Assembly (NCBI GenBank): GCA_964016885.1
Contig: OZ024741.1
Location: 352,780,001-352,844,000, forward strand
Length of the DNA stretch: 64,000 bases
Source of the DNA: Eledone cirrhosa
Lineage: Eukaryota
Reading direction: 5' to 3'
Shown: positions 12,969 to 27,372 of the stretch, one piece after another
Numbering within the stretch: the stretch's first letter is position 1
Layout of the letters: each line of letters begins with the position of its first letter
Position numbers and translations under genes: made by a program
The notes under the pieces: generated by a model
The model's input: the letters and a program-made list of their open reading frames with translations, nothing else
Told to the model about the DNA's origin: nothing
Database searches by the model: none

Positions 12969-13685
12969 GAGAGACTCCTTGTCTTTATAAAGACATCTCT
13001 CTAGGAATAGGTCACTCTGATATAAAACCTGCGACTTCATTTGAATCCAAGGATGTAGACCAGTTTTTCTTTTTGGGCAAATGCATTCGATGTTCAGAGA
13101 GTGGGATTGACTCCGTGCAGGACTAAAAAGCCATGTCCGTGATGCTCATGTTTAAGTATCAAGTGATGGCATTAATTGAAATTGAGTTGCAGCCATTATA
13201 TATATATATTGTGTGTGTGTATGTGTGTCTAACCTATGCATATATACACATATGTATGCATGTGATTATTTGGTTTCAAAGGAAATCTTAAACATGCAAG
13301 AGATGTTGGTGGTTTGATAGTTTAGTCAAAGAACCAGATATGAAGTGATCTCATAACAGTTGGCACTGAAGGTGGTTTAGGAAAAGTAAATAAATAAAAA
13401 AAAAATACAGAATCCTAAGTAAAATGCTGCTGGATGCCAGCATGCAACAAGGGTTTTATTTGTGTCAGTTTTATTTTTCCTAAAGGTTGATTTTTCTGAA
13501 ACTGATGAAGAATGGATTAAAGATGAGTGGGAGGTAAGATAGTAATAAGAACTCAATACTTCGTTCTTGTTTGATTGTTTTCCCCCTTTCTTTCTTTGCT
13601 CACATTGGGTAACAGAAATATAATTTCACAAAATAACTGAAATTAAAATTAAGATTTGCTACATGTAAGAGCATTCTATGTTTAA

Positions 13686-13904
13686 CCCTTCAGCATTTAA
13701 ACCGGCTGTATCCGGCCAGAATTTTTTCATCTCTTTCTGTTCAAACCGACTGTAACCGGCCACTCATACTGACGTTAAGGTATTGTTCACAAAGTAAATA
13801 CTGTCAAAATCTCAGATTCAATATTATGTGAAATAATTATGTGTGGTAAAGCCTTTACCATGAAATTATAATAGTAAATATAGAGTAATGTAAATGTTAA
13901 AGGG
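13686..13904. mobile_element. piggyBac-like MITE (TTAA TSD, CCC..GGG termini)
   Basis: TTAA|CCCTTCAGCATTTA ... TAAATGTTAAAGGG|TTAA. Five copies occur in the window. Confidence 0.8.
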
Positions 13905-14294
13905 TTAAAGATAAGATTACCTGAGCTAAGTATATCCACACTGTTTCAATCAGTTTGATCGATCTTTGGTTGACATCAGGTGTCATATTGCTGGATGTAT
14001 GTATACTGATTTTTAAGATTAACAACTTGTAGGGAAAGGAAAGACGATTACATTGACCTATGGCTAAAAGTGATCGAGGTTAAATCTATGATATTAGTGA
14101 GGAAGGATGCAGAGGATAGGGCAAGACAGAGAGGCTTGTCATGGGGTTTCATTTCCTTGCTTGAGCAGGAAAAATGCTTGTGCTGTTGCTGCAGTCTCTG
14201 TTGTGCCTATAAGCAAGGGAAACAATTCTGCTAGTCTTGGTTGTTCGAATCATAATGAGTTTCATGTCTTGCTTGCATGTAATAATGCTTTCTG

Positions 14295-14690
14295 AATTAG
14301 GTACAAAGCCAATAATTTTTGGGGAGGGGAAAGTTGATTGAATCGATCCCAGTGCATTACTAGTATTTTATTTCATTGACCCTATAAGGATGAAATGTAA
14401 AGCTAGCCTCAGTGGGATTTGAACTCAGAACATAAAGGTTCGTAACTATATGCCATATAGCATATTGCTCGACACTCTACCGATAGTACCAATTTACCGG
14501 CCTTGGTTTCTAATTTAGGCTCAGGCCAACAATTTTGGAGGAGGGGAAGGTCAATTAAATTGACCCTATTGCATTACTGGTACTCTATTTTATCAACCTT
14601 GTAAGGATGAAAGGCAAAGCTAACATCAGTGGGATTTGAACTCAGAACTTAAAGGGACATAACTCTATGATGTCCGATGCTCTGCCAATG
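14295..14690 (-). mobile_element. Two tandem tRNA-derived SINEs (core GCCTTTCATCC..GGGTCGATAAAATAAAGTACCAG, Meta-like)
   Basis: Reverse complement of the B-box GAGTTCAAATCCC and the core, seen twice. Further decayed copies lie at 15180-15580. Confidence 0.7.
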
Positions 14691-15674
14691 CATGTAATAA
14701 TCAAGGGTTTAATTGTAGGTTGGGAAATTATCTAGCTATAATGACATTTGCTTCAACAGTGTTATACAAATGTCTACAATATTTACAAGCTGTCATCCCA
14801 CCTCATAGTTTTTGGAAATGTCAACATTTTGATTTAATTAGTTAATTATTCTTTACTTTTTAGCCATAGAGTGAAGGTCAGTGCCCATGAACCTTTTGCA
14901 AATGTTCACAATAGTGTGGACTATATTAAAGGATTACAAGGGCCGGGTGATGGTGGTTTTAAATTTTGATGAAAAATTAAAAATTTATCACCTATGTAGG
15001 CCACTGAGATTTGAACTCAGAACAGAAAGATCTAGAACAAACACTGGAAGCCATGTTTTCAGATGCTTTAAACATGCCACCAGTCTATCCCACTGAGCTG
15101 ATACTTGCAACAGTTGATTTTATATCTGTAATTCCTCTTGGGATCCATTCAACTATAAAAATAATAATAGTAATAGTAATAGAGGCCAGAAATTTGTGGG
15201 AGGGAAGAAAGTTGGTTGAATTGACCCTAGTAATCTACTGCTACTATATTTTATCAACTCCAGAATGATGACAAGCAAATTGAGCACAGTAGAATTTGAA
15301 CTCAGAATGTAAAGAGCCAGACAAATGTCCCAAAGCATTTTGTTTCGCACTCTGATTCTGCCAGTACTCCACCTTATGAAAATAATTTCAAATTTAGGCA
15401 CAAGGCCAGCAATTTTGGGCAGAATGGAAAGTTGGTCATACCAGTACTTAGATTATTTTATCAACCCCAGAAGGATGAGAAGCAAAACTGACCTTGGTAT
15501 GATTGGGGCTCAGAATGGAAAGAGCTGGATCAAATGTCACAAAATATTCTGTCTAGTGCTCTGATTCCTCCAATCCACTACCCTATGAAAATAATGATGC
15601 AACCAGTTGCTAATCAGTCATGCTGAACATAAGTAAATTTGTACACCTTACTTCAGAGGCACGACACATTGACT

Positions 15675-15820
15675 GTAGTAGGAGTAGTAGTAGGATTAGT
15701 AGTAGTAGCAACAGTAGTAGTAGCAGCAGTATCAACAGTAGTAGTAGTAGTAGTAGCAGCAGTAGTAGTAGCAGCAGCAACCGTAGTAGTAGTAGCAACT
15801 GTAGTAGTAATAGCAGTAAG
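15675..15820. repeat. (TAG/CAG)n trinucleotide microsatellite
   Basis: gtagtagcagcagtagt... Confidence 0.9.
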
Positions 15821-16648
15821 TGCATGGCTTAGTGGTTAGAGCATTGGGATTGCAATTGGAAGGTTGTGAGTTCAGTTCTCAGACCAAGACACTTTATTTC
15901 ACTTTGCTCTAGTTCACTCAACTGTAGAAATGAGTTGCGGCGTCACTGGTACCAAGCTGTATCGGTTATAGCCTTTCCCTTGGACATCATTGGTGACGTA
16001 AAAAGGGGAGACTGATATGCATGGGCGACTGCTGGTCTTCCACAAATAACCTTGCCACGACTTGTGCCTCGGAGGGAAACTTTCTAGGTGCAAATCCCAT
16101 GGTCATTTGTGACCGAAGGGGGGGGGGGGGGGCTAAATAGCAGTAGTAGTATCTGATCTGTTGTTCATGTGGTCAGTAGTCCAGAATTATATATATATTT
16201 TTAAACAATAAAATTCCAAAGATATTTTGGAAGAAATAATTTAATAAATTATTCCTGACTCTGTATATTCTATTTCTGTTACCTTGGTGAAACAAATAAA
16301 GTATGAAGGGGAAACAAAAGTCATCTTGTTTTTCTTTCATAGTTGGAATGGTGGGTGTTGTGTGCAGTGTTGCGCCCCCCCCCCCCCCCCCCTGTAGGTT
16401 TCCACTGCTTCTCAAGTTCCATTGTTCTTGTTGTTAATGTTGTTGCTCCACCCTTGTGGCTGATTTATCACATAACCTTGTAGTTAGTTGCTTTCTTGAT
16501 TGTTGTGTTGTCTTGTTTATTTTTTCTTGTTTTTCTTCAAATTTTTGCTATTGTTTTTAATATATGTTGCATACATTGTTTTTTATGTTTTTCTTTTTGG
16601 TTTTTGGCATGGCATGTATTCTTCTTATATATATATATATGTCTGTGC

Positions 16649-16686
<38 letters not shown>

Positions 16687-16712
16687 ATATGTGTGTGTGT
16701 GTATATATATAT

Positions 16713-16798
<86 letters not shown>

Positions 16799-16859
16799 TG
16801 TGTGTGTGTATGTATGTGTGTGTGTGTATATGTGTGTCTGTGTGTGTATATATATAGTA

Positions 16860-16909
<50 letters not shown>

Positions 16910-18746
16910 GTATGTGTGTGTGTGTATATATGTGTATATATATATATGTGTGTGTATATATATGTATATACATATATATATGTGTATATATGTGTGTGTG
17001 TGTATATGTAAATAGATATAAGTATATGCATGTACATATGTATACACACAGACAGACACACACACACACACACACATATATATATTACTACGTTAATATA
17101 GGATGAGATGAACAGTTATAGAAATTGACTTTTACATGAATTTGTTTGTTGTTTTTGACCATATAAGTCCTGCTTGAGCAGCTCTATGATGGAAGATATT
17201 CCTACTGTGACCATTTCACCTTTGTTTTATTCAGTCATTGTGTATCTATGACTACATTATTCAATGTGACCTTAAACAACAGTAAGGTGTGATTTGAGGG
17301 AGGCTTAGTTGCTATTTTCAACAGTCAAATAACTACGTAGAACTTCCCTTGTTGGCTCAGTTGCATTCATTTTTCAACAGGGAAGTGGGTCAAGTCACTC
17401 ATTGTGTCATGCAACTAGATTTAGAATAGATTAGGCTGTTGGCAAAGTTTAGTATGAGTATCCACTTCTTGTTATCTTTTGGCAAAGACCAACAATTTTG
17501 CTTCTGTTTGGTAATAATAACAAAAAAGATTTTGTGGTGGATAGGCATGAGGAAGAGAACATGAGATCAGTTTAATTCAGATGTCGCATGAGAAGAGGAT
17601 CAATGAATGAAAGGAGACAACAGATAGATAATTTGATAGATAGATAGTGAAGGAGTGAGTGAGATGTCCTTCTGCTGAAAGGTCGGCAAGTGATATGAAT
17701 TGGGGCAGTTATAGCTGTAGGGTTCTTATTTTTGATGTTTAGTCAGGGTGGTAAATGCAGGACCTCCAAGACTAGAGTATAGGAGGAAAGAAAGAAAATA
17801 TTCTCAAATTGAAGACCCAGTCAAATTGCTTACAATAGAGTGGACAGTGCTAAAGGCAATCAAGGGCCAGGTGGTGGTAAAACTAAACAGCAGATTAAGT
17901 ATATCACATAAGTAGGCTATAATGGGTTTTGAGCTCATAGTACAAACAGCTAAAACAAATACCACAAAGTATTTCATACAACATTCTAATAATTCCACCA
18001 CCCTGGGGCGATGGACAAAAATGCCTCAGAAGACAGAGACCAGCGTCCAGTCGTCAACAGAGAAACAACATTTCGCTGTTTTAACAGCTGTTCTAGCGAT
18101 GAGCTTTCCTATTTTTATATGTATTCAAATACACTTTCGCTTTGCCTCGATCAGAGACAACATTGTTTTTTCATTTAACTTTATCATAGCTGTGATTAGC
18201 TTTCTATTTAGTACAGACACCACAGCTTGAGGTCCACTAACCCATTATTTTCTTTTCTTTGTTTTCTTTCATCCTTCTATTTGTGCTGTTTGTTTTATCA
18301 CACATACATCATACCAGCAGAAACGTTTATTTTTCTGTTGCACAATCCAGCATTTTAAAATGGTACTCTCAATTAAATCATGAAAAACCATTTTGCTGGT
18401 TTGACAGCTGATGAGGTGAAGATGTGTGAGTGTAAACTTCTCTAGTACATCACCTTTCTTCATTTCCTTCCAGTCACTTCTATTTGCCAACACTTTTCTC
18501 TTTATCCTCCACCTCTTTGAATCTTATCTATATTTCATCTGCCTGTCACCCACCTTGTTAACTATAGGCTGCTGGTCTCTGTCCTCTGAGACATTTTTGC
18601 CCATCGCTGTCTTTGACAGCATTTAGCTGTTTTAATGGCTGTTCTAGAGATGAGTTTTCTCATTTTTATATGTATCAAATACACTCTCACTTCATCTTGA
18701 TCATTCATTTTCATTATATATATATGTATAAATATGTGTGTGTGTG

Positions 18747-18823
<77 letters not shown>

Positions 18824-20049
18824 GTGTGTGTGTATGTGTATATATGTGTGCTACACACGCACACACACACACACACCACACACACCACACACACCACACA
18901 CACCACACACACCACACACACCACACACACCACACACACCACACACACACCTAACATGCATGTAGGTTTTATATGCTTTAATTTTCATAAATTTCTCTCA
19001 TTCAGTTTTTGCTGCTTTTTCTGGCATTTGCATGGGATATGACTTTTATGATTTTTTTTCCTTTTATCTGCGTTTTTTTTTTTAATGATTTTGTGTATAT
19101 ATTTTGACACTATGGTAACTGATAAAATTAAAGGCAGGTATTTATGTTTTATTCACTGCCGGCATGGCCAACTGGCTTGACATACTTCATAGAGTGACCA
19201 CCTAGTCCCACACTGTAAACCTGGTTAGTGTTAGGAAGGACATCCAGCTGTAAAAATCCTATTCAAGATACAGTTCCGTCTGAGCAAGGTATGGTGTGGC
19301 CAACTGGCTAGACTTCTATAATAACATGGACGACCTGTCTAACCCATGCAAGCACAGAAAAATAGAGAGTAAACAATGATGATGTTGATCTGAATAGCAT
19401 TTTGATCAGTGAAGTGACAAAGAAAAACACACAATCTGTTGTAAGTTTACTGCAAGAATTAAGAGAATGCCTTTACCTTTGATGTGTCAGCATAATTTGG
19501 ATTTGTGTATGGCATGCCTCACATTACTCTATAGGTTTCCACCACTTATTTTGAAGATCCTTTCTTGTTGAAATATTGTTTATTCTATGTTATTATTGCT
19601 AGTTATTTTTATTGTTGATCTCACTTTTTTTTTTACTCAATGTTCTCTCAGGTATTGAATACCCCCCCCCCCCCCTCCCCCATTTACCCCCTCCCCCTCC
19701 AAGCTTATTAAATTTTGCTAATATATCTCTGGCGAAATTTTATTGTAAGTGATTTATATTGATACAGCAGCTGGAGAATCTAATAATAATTTTATTTTAC
19801 ATAAAAAAAAACAACATATATGACAAAAAAGAGAACATTACATGAAATCCCATATTTACAAATATACACTATACAATTACCCCCCCCCCCCCCGTTTACC
19901 CCCCTCCCCCTCTCTCCTATTATTTGGGACCCGAGAGTAAATCACTCATATCTTGATTGTTTTTCTTTTATATTTCACTTATTGTACTGTTTAGAAATGT
20001 CTTGGGTCCTTGTGGCCAATAATAAAAATCATTATTATTATTATTATAA

Positions 20050-21345
20050 TTGTTTCTACTTTTGGCACAAGGCCAGCAATTACCCAGTGCATTACTGGTA
20101 CTTTATTCTATCGACCCCGGAAGGATGAAAGGCAAAGTTAACCTCGGCGGGATTTGAACTCATTATTATAATGGCGGTGAATTGGCAGTATCGGTAGAGG
20201 GTTGGACGCCATGCTTTCTAGCATAGTTACGTCCCTTTACAATCTGAGTTCAAATCCCACCGAGGTTAACTTTGCCTTTCATCCTTACGGGGTCGATATA
20301 ATAAAGTACCAGTAATGTACTGGGTAATTGCTGGCCTTGTACCTAAAGTAGAAACAATTATTATTATTATTACGATTTGAAACTTCCTTTGAGTTCTGCT
20401 TCTTTCCAAATCATGCCGAGTGTCAATCTGGCAACTGAGACAAAATTTGATATTATTATTATTAGGTGGATTGAGGGCGGTGGATTGGCAGTATTGGTAG
20501 ATGCTCGAATGCCATGCTTTGCTGCATAGAATTACGGCCCTTTATGATCTGAGTTCAAATCCCGCCGAGGTTAACTTTACCTTTCATCCTTACGGGCTCG
20601 ATAAAATAAAGTACCAGTCATGCACTGGGGTCGATTTAATCGACTTTCCCCTACCCCAAAATTGCTGGCCTTGTGCCAAAAGTAGAAACAATTGTTATTA
20701 GATTGGCAGTAGGAGTAGGACGTCAGACATTATACTTTATAGCATATAATTACGTCCCCTTATGTTCGGAGTTCAAATCCCATCTAGGTTAGCTTTTCCT
20801 TTCATCCTTACAGGGGTCGATAAAATAAAGTACCCGTAATGCACTGGGGTTGGTTTAATCGACTTTCTTCCTCCCTTTCAAATTGCTGGCCTTGTGCCTA
20901 AAGTAGAAACAATTGAGTGGTGGCTTAGTGTCAGACAAATGCCTAACAGTATTTGTTGTGACTCTTTATGTTCCGAGTTCAAATTTTACTGAGGTCAACT
21001 TTGTTTTTCATTCTTCCAGGTTGATTAAATAAAGTACCAGTAAAGTACTAGGACCAATTTAATTAGCTTCCTTCATCCTCCACAAGAAAAAAAAAATTAT
21101 TGGCATTGTGCCTAAAGTAGAAATAATAATAATAATAATAATGGTTTCTAATTTTGACACAAGGCCAACAATTTGGGGAGAAGGGAAAATCGATTAATCA
21201 GACCCCAGTGCATTACTAGTACTTATTTATCTTATCGACCCCGTAAGGATGAAAGACAAAGCTAACCTAGGCAGGATTTGAAATCAGAACATAAAGGGAC
21301 ATAACAATATGCCACAAAGCATATTGTCTGTTGCTCTACCATTAC
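20050..21345. mobile_element. Cluster of about six tRNA-derived SINEs in both orientations
   Basis: Minus 20050-20162, plus ~20172-20360, ~20476-20695, ~20700-20912 and ~20920-21125, minus ~21140-21345. All share the B-box and core motifs and (TAT)n tails. Confidence 0.8.
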
Positions 21346-22069
21346 TGTTGTTATTATTGTTATGCACATTTGGCACTGAACTTTCACACTGTCATCTTTC
21401 TCATTATCTTTATTATCAAGTTAAACTTCATGATTTTTGATTATATGGCATATCACCGCATGAATCCGACTAGAAACAGTTGTGTGTGTGTGTTTAAGGG
21501 ATAGTTGTGCTGTGTAGGTGACCTAATAACAGTGCTGATCAGTACAGTATTCTAAGTGATTTTATCTTGTGTAATCCAGCTAGGCTGTGGTAAAGGTTGT
21601 GGTGGGAGTGTAGGCAATACTTGAATTGGTGGTAGTAGTAAGGAATGAAGCATAGAAGTAGTAGTAGTAGTAGTAGTCTTAGTAGTAGTAAATGTAGTAG
21701 ATACATGGTTGTGGTAGTAGAACTAGTGGGAGTAGTAGAGCTTTGGTTGTAGTAGAAGTGCGGGTTAGAGTAGGTTAAGTACTTGTTGCTATGGTGGTGT
21801 TGCTGTGGACAATGGCAATGATGATTTGATTGTTGTGGTGGTTGTTATTATAGTTACCTTGATGATGAGTATGGTGGTGTTTTGTCATGTTTTTGGATAA
21901 CTATTGTAATTGAGCAGATGGTTCTTCAGTGATTATTTTAACATGCAGTTGACCCTTGCTTGTGTGGTTCTAAATCTTATTTTATGCAGTAAGTTTACAT
22001 TTTGTGTCAAATACTACATGCACTTACATCATAAATTATCATCATCAACTAGCTTTTGGTTATGCAGGA

Positions 22070-22250
22070 CACAATCTCTAAGTAGAGGTGGATCCTGCCT
22101 GACAGTGCTGCTTAGTGTCCCGCTCCATGTGTTTCTGTCTGCCTGTCTCACTTGGGCTAGGCCCATCCTAGCTTGATCCCAACGGACATCCTCCATCCAA
22201 GTTCCTTTTGGTCTTCCTGGGCCTCTACTCCCCCATTGGATTGACATTCA
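22070..22250 (-). mobile_element. RTE-like LINE 3' fragment
   Basis: GSRGPGRPKGTWMEDVRWD..QADRNTW resembles the RTE C-terminus. Confidence 0.55.
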
Positions 22251-22769
22251 TCACTTTGTGGTTAAATGTCTTAAACCACTCATAAAATGTTAAAAATAAC
22301 CATTGCAAATGTTTCTCAGACTCAGAGACTATCAAACACTGGGTCATGCCTCCTACCTGAAAGATTTTTGTAGTTCTAAAATTTTCTTAGAATATACCAT
22401 GTAGTTCTTCTAGATGTTTGTTCTCTTGTTATTGCCCATGTGTTGTTTGTAGATTTGGTTATAATGATGCATTTAGTTATAGGTGTTGTAGCTATGATTA
22501 TGCATCTCCTTAATCAACACTTCTCAAATCATATGTTGTAATAGTAGTATATATTTCAAGGATGACAAGTTAATGTTGATCTAGCTGGATGCAATATTAG
22601 ATATAATAAAGTTGCTGAACTTGACATGAATAGGGACAAATAGCAAAAGCAGATTGGCCAGTGTTGAATGCACAGCAGCTCTTACATTGAGGTCTACTTC
22701 TTATGGAAATAGAATATGATAGTGAGAGCCTTTACCTTTTGAGTCTTTGAAACTTCTAAGAGTCGTTAA

Positions 22770-22980
22770 CCCTTTAGCATTTAAACCGGCCATATCAGGC
22801 CAGAATTTCCTCACCTCTTTCTGTTCAAACTGCCTGTAACCAGCTGCTCATACTTATGTTAAGATATTGTTCTCAGAATAAATAACTTTATCAAAATCTA
22901 GTAGCTTTGATATTATGTGAGATAAAGACTTTACTTCAAAAATACAATAGTAAATATAAAGTAATGTAAATGGTAAAGGG
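22770..22980. mobile_element. piggyBac-like MITE
   Basis: TTAA|CCCTTTAGCATTTA ... TAAATGGTAAAGGG|TTTAA, same family as 13686. Confidence 0.78.
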
Positions 22981-23811
22981 TTTAATTGCACACTTAGGAA
23001 ATTTTACCTGCCTTTTCCTGTTGCTAATATGGAAGAAAATTAAACTAGATAGATAAAAATAGCAAACTTTCTTCTTTTTCTTATTATTTCACCTTCTTGC
23101 TCTTATATTAACCTTCTTTGCCTTTTCTATTTTTTCTTTTTTTTCTTTTCTCTTTCATCTTTGCTTTCTTCTCTCAAAGCATTCATCTGTCTAAGCTTTC
23201 TCTGTTAGAAACCTTAACTTACTTAGGCTTCTTTTATCTTAGCTTTCAAATACCATAGCATAGCCTTCAGCTGTATTTTAATTTTTTCTGTTTTAAGTCT
23301 TCAACTGCCATAGCATAGTCTTCATTTGTTTCGTTTGCTTTAGTTTTCCTATTTTCATCTTTTTCTTCTTATTTGCTTCTTCATTGACCTATTAATCTTA
23401 GTCAATGTTTGTTTGAGTTAGTGAGATAAAACCAATCTCTTGTATGTAGGTACCCTCTCACTTGCCATTGATTATGAATTTATGAAATTTGGTTTTAGCT
23501 TAAGGGAAACATACAGAACATCACTCACTATGACGGGGATGTATGGGATGGAATTTGGCCGGCAGAGGTGATAAACAACCTATTTGACCCATTTTGTAGG
23601 CCAGCCGGAGCTCACCCCTTGGTACCAGTGATAGGATGTGAAGTGGTAAATCTGATGGTTATGTTCAATAGACACATTTATCCAATAAGCAATTTTGATT
23701 TGACTCTTTCCTTGTTGTTGTTGATACATAATTGCTGCTTTACATGTTGTGAAATATATATCTTTGTGCTGTTTGTTGTAAGTCTAAGTGTTTTGTTGAA
23801 AATATTTGCAG

Positions 23812-23932
23812 GACTTTGTTGAGCGGTCAATCAAGATTAGCCAGTCCTTGAAGAGTGAGAAAGGATTTGGATTTCTTCTCCAGGGTGGTGTGGATAACAA
23901 CTCTCCAATTGTTGTACATCGGATTGAGCTAG
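23812..23932 (+). CDS. LMO7: LMO7-like exon (first found): N-terminal half of PDZ domain
   Basis: ttgcag|GAC...G|gtaagt; DFVERSIKISQSLKSEKGFGFLLQGGVDNNSPIVVHRIEL with a GFGF carboxylate-binding loop; phase 0 to 1. Confidence 0.85.
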
Positions 23933-24122
23933 GTAAGTTGATACTTTTGTATTCCTTTTGGTCATTATTGTTGTTTAACCCCAATTGGTTCTATGATCAA
24001 GTGGCCCTTTGATCATAGACATTCCAGCCATGACCATCTCATTTTTAAGGCAATGTGAACTGCAGACTACATTATCTTGTGTGTTCATTTTTATGACACC
24101 AGGGTAAATTTTATGTAGATAT

Positions 24123-25164
24123 AATGCAAACAATGGGTACACAAGAGATGTAGCGGGATCTCAGGAAGCTTAATTAAGAATGTAGGATTCACATGCAGCA
24201 GCTGTGCTGAGACAGCAAGCAGCAAACAGCCACAGGAAACAAGTACCACCAATCTCTGGGAGGGCTCTGTAGAAACAGTAGACAGCTTCTGCTACCTAGG
24301 TGACCGAATTAGCAGCGGAGGTGGGTGTTCAGAAAGTACAATAACTAGGGTAAGAACGGGATGGAAGAAGTTTAGGGAACTACTACCACTGCTAGCTGCA
24401 AAAGGCTTCTCCCTCAAAATGAAAGGCAGACTGTATGATGCGTGTATCCGAACAGCAATGTTGCATGGTAGTGAGACCTGGGCGCTGAAGGTGGAAGACT
24501 TACGTAGATTAGAGAGAAACGAAGCCTGCATGCTCCGATGGATGTGTAATAGTAATATACGTGAACGACAAAGCATAAATGAATTGAGAGAGAGACTGAG
24601 CATAAAAGGAATCAAATGCTGTGTGCAGGAGAGGCGGTTGCGCTGGTATGGACATGTGATGCGTATGAAGGATGACAGCTGCATAAAAAGGTGCAGAGCA
24701 CTAGAAGTCGATGGAAACCGCGGAGTGGGGAGACCCAAGATGACCTGGGATGAGGTGATAAAAGCCGACCTTACCCAATTACACCTCTCAAAGGCGATGA
24801 CACATGACCGTGACCTCTGGTGTCACGCAGTAATACAGAGTACCCGACCTCCCATGGGTACAAGCTGAAGCATATAGACAATATGCCCCCACACCCCCCA
24901 CTGCAAGGTGGTCGTGGAGGTGCCACGGCAAAAAATCACCCAGTCCACACTGTAAAGTGGACGTGTAGGCGCCACGAAAAAGCACCCAGCACTCACTGTA
25001 AATGAGGTTGGTGTTAGGAAGGGCATCCAGCTGTAGAAATCAAGCCAAATCAGTTCCTGTATGAGCAAGGCATGGTCAGCTGACCAGACACTGCCCATAA
25101 CAGGACAACCCGTCTAACCCATGCTAGCGTGGAAGAACGGACGTAAAACGGTGATGATGATGAT
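24123..25164 (+). mobile_element. 5'-truncated RTE LINE copy, near-identical to 6992-9494
   Basis: Encodes the end of the finger and the RTE C-terminus, with 3' UTR and (TGA)n tail. Confidence 0.9.
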
Positions 25165-25670
25165 AACTGTTTTTGAATTAGCCCCTAAAATACCTCTCCA
25201 GACCCTTTGAATTTTGAGAAAAGCTTCCACCTCCACCTAGAGTTCCGTCTTGCAAAATTTCTTTCAGAGACCTTGCACATATGTCGTTGTGAAACCTTTT
25301 CACTAATTATCTGTGTAACCAACCATAATTATAAGCCATGAATTCTTGTATATTATACATTGTTGTTTGTAACTCTTTAGAATTTACAAACACAAACACA
25401 TTTCCTATCTCAGTTATGTTACTATAATAAGTTTGCTTTCCAGTCAAAAGGTTTGGCATTATAACCTTACATTTGTTATGATGAATAATTATTTTTCCAA
25501 AGTTACTCATGCATTCGATCCTGTATGTACATATATGCTGAACATTTATTAAAATATTATTCTTATCTTTAATCACCTCCACATGTCAGTAATCAACATA
25601 AACTATAGGGTTTATCTTATTTAAACCATTAATTTATTAAAACACAAATTTCCCAGTTTGTATGATTGTT

Positions 25671-26316
25671 CATCATCATCATCACTGTTTTACATCCGTT
25701 CTTCCATGCTAGCATGGGTTAGACGGGTTGTCCTGTTGTCAGCAGTAGCCGGTCAGCTGACCATGTCTTGCTCATACGGGAACTGATTCTGGCTTGATTT
25801 CTACAGCTGGATTCCCTTCCTAACACCAACCTCATTTACAATGAGTGCTGGGTGCTTTTTTCCGTGGCGCCTTTACAGTGTGGGCTGGGTGCTTTTTTGC
25901 CGTGGCAACTCCACGACCACTTTTCAGTAGGAAGGGGTGGGCGCATATTGTCTATATGCTTCAGCTTGTACACATGGGGGGATTGGGTCTTCTGTATTAC
26001 TGTGTGAGGCCAGAGGTCACGGTCGTGTATCATCGCCTTTGCGAGGTGTAATTGGGTAAGGTTGGCTTTTATCACCTCATCCCAGGTCTTCTTGGGTCTC
26101 CCCACTCCGCGGCTTCCATCGACTTCTAGTGCTCTGCACCTTTTTATGCAGCTGCCATCCTTCATATGGATCACATATCCATAGCAACGCAACCTCCTCT
26201 CCTGCACACACCATTTGATTCCTCTTATGCTCAGTCTCTCTCTCAACTGTTTATGCTTTGCCATTCGCGTATATTACTATTACACATCCATCGGAGCATG
26301 CAGGCTTCGTTTCTTT
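25671..26316 (-). mobile_element. 5'-truncated, decayed RTE LINE copy
   Basis: Same family; (CAT)n at 25671; ORF fragment 25836-26264. Confidence 0.88.
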
Positions 26317-26377
26317 CTGATGGCAATGAGTCCACTATTAATTAATAAAAATTCAATTTTTCTTTGCCAAACTTTAG

Positions 26378-26542
26378 GAAGTGCAGCAGATATATGTGAA
26401 CTTCGTCCTAGGGATGTGATTGTCAGCATCAATAAAGAAGATATCCAACAGCAAACATTACAGAAGGTTCAGCAAATCATTGATAAATCAATTCAACAGG
26501 GACAGATTGAACTGCGTGTCCGACGGTATCTCAGAGGAGTTG
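26378..26542 (+). CDS. LMO7: LMO7-like exon: C-terminal half of PDZ domain
   Basis: ctttag|GA...G|gtacgt; GSAADICELRPRDVIVSINKEDI...IELRVRR; phase 1 to 1. Confidence 0.85.
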
Positions 26543-27238
26543 GTACGTTTCTCTATATTATGTTTAATAGAACCTATAATATTATCTACACTTTACTTTC
26601 CTTAAGTTTAGAGTACTAAGTTGAATAATTGTCTTACTGGTCTTAACTAGTAACATCTCATTCATGTATGTATATATATATATATATATAAAAATATATA
26701 ACTTCACCATAATTGCTTTATTGTTTAAGATGGAATCTTATGCAATCAGAATCTTTAAGAGACATCCCTTTACCGAGTATGCAATAAAGTAATTATGGTG
26801 AAGTAACCTCGTCTTAACTACTTGTAATTAATAAATGAATACTCCATCACTCCTAATCACCAACTTTTAGCTGAGATAAACTACTGACATGAAGTGCTTT
26901 TGGATTGCTTGAACCAGCTTATCCTTATTAAGTTACAGTGTAACATCCACGTATAAGCACCTTATCTTCTGCAACTATATATATATATATATACATATAC
27001 ATACGCACACGCACACACATACGCACACACGCACACGCACACACGCACACACTCATACTGGAACCCCCCTTCCCCCAAAGAAGTGGTTTTGCAACAAATT
27101 AGGCAGAACATTACTGACATCAATCTCACCCTTTTCAGAGAGCCATTGAAGTCCATGGGCACTGCTCCTTCATCCAAACCTACCAAAAAATCAGATACTG
27201 TAACTTCTCTTTTTTTTCTTTTTCATTTTCTCTAATAG

Positions 27239-27372
27239 TGATGTGCAATGAAGAGGAACAAAATAACATTAATGATAAAAATGTGGTGGCAGCAAAGTAT
27301 CATCTTACATCAAACCGTTCCCATTCAACCCCAGTTACTAAGCCTGGGTTAATAAGAGAATCAAAGACAAAT
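27239..27372 (+). CDS. LMO7: LMO7-like exon (low-complexity linker)
   Basis: Polypyrimidine tract, aatag|TG...AAT|gtatgt; open frame VMCNEEEQNN...ESKTN; phase 1 to 0 fits the neighbouring exons. Confidence 0.7.

Noticed and set aside
18000-18705. Part-inverted, part-direct duplication (18007-18150 vs 18571-18700) with CTGATGA at ~18408
   Set aside because: The duplication is real, but no consistent hammerhead helices could be built and it is too decayed to classify.
19400-19446. Possible upstream LMO7 micro-exon ending at GTT|gtaagt
   Set aside because: Only a donor-like motif; the acceptor is weak and there is no protein-level evidence.
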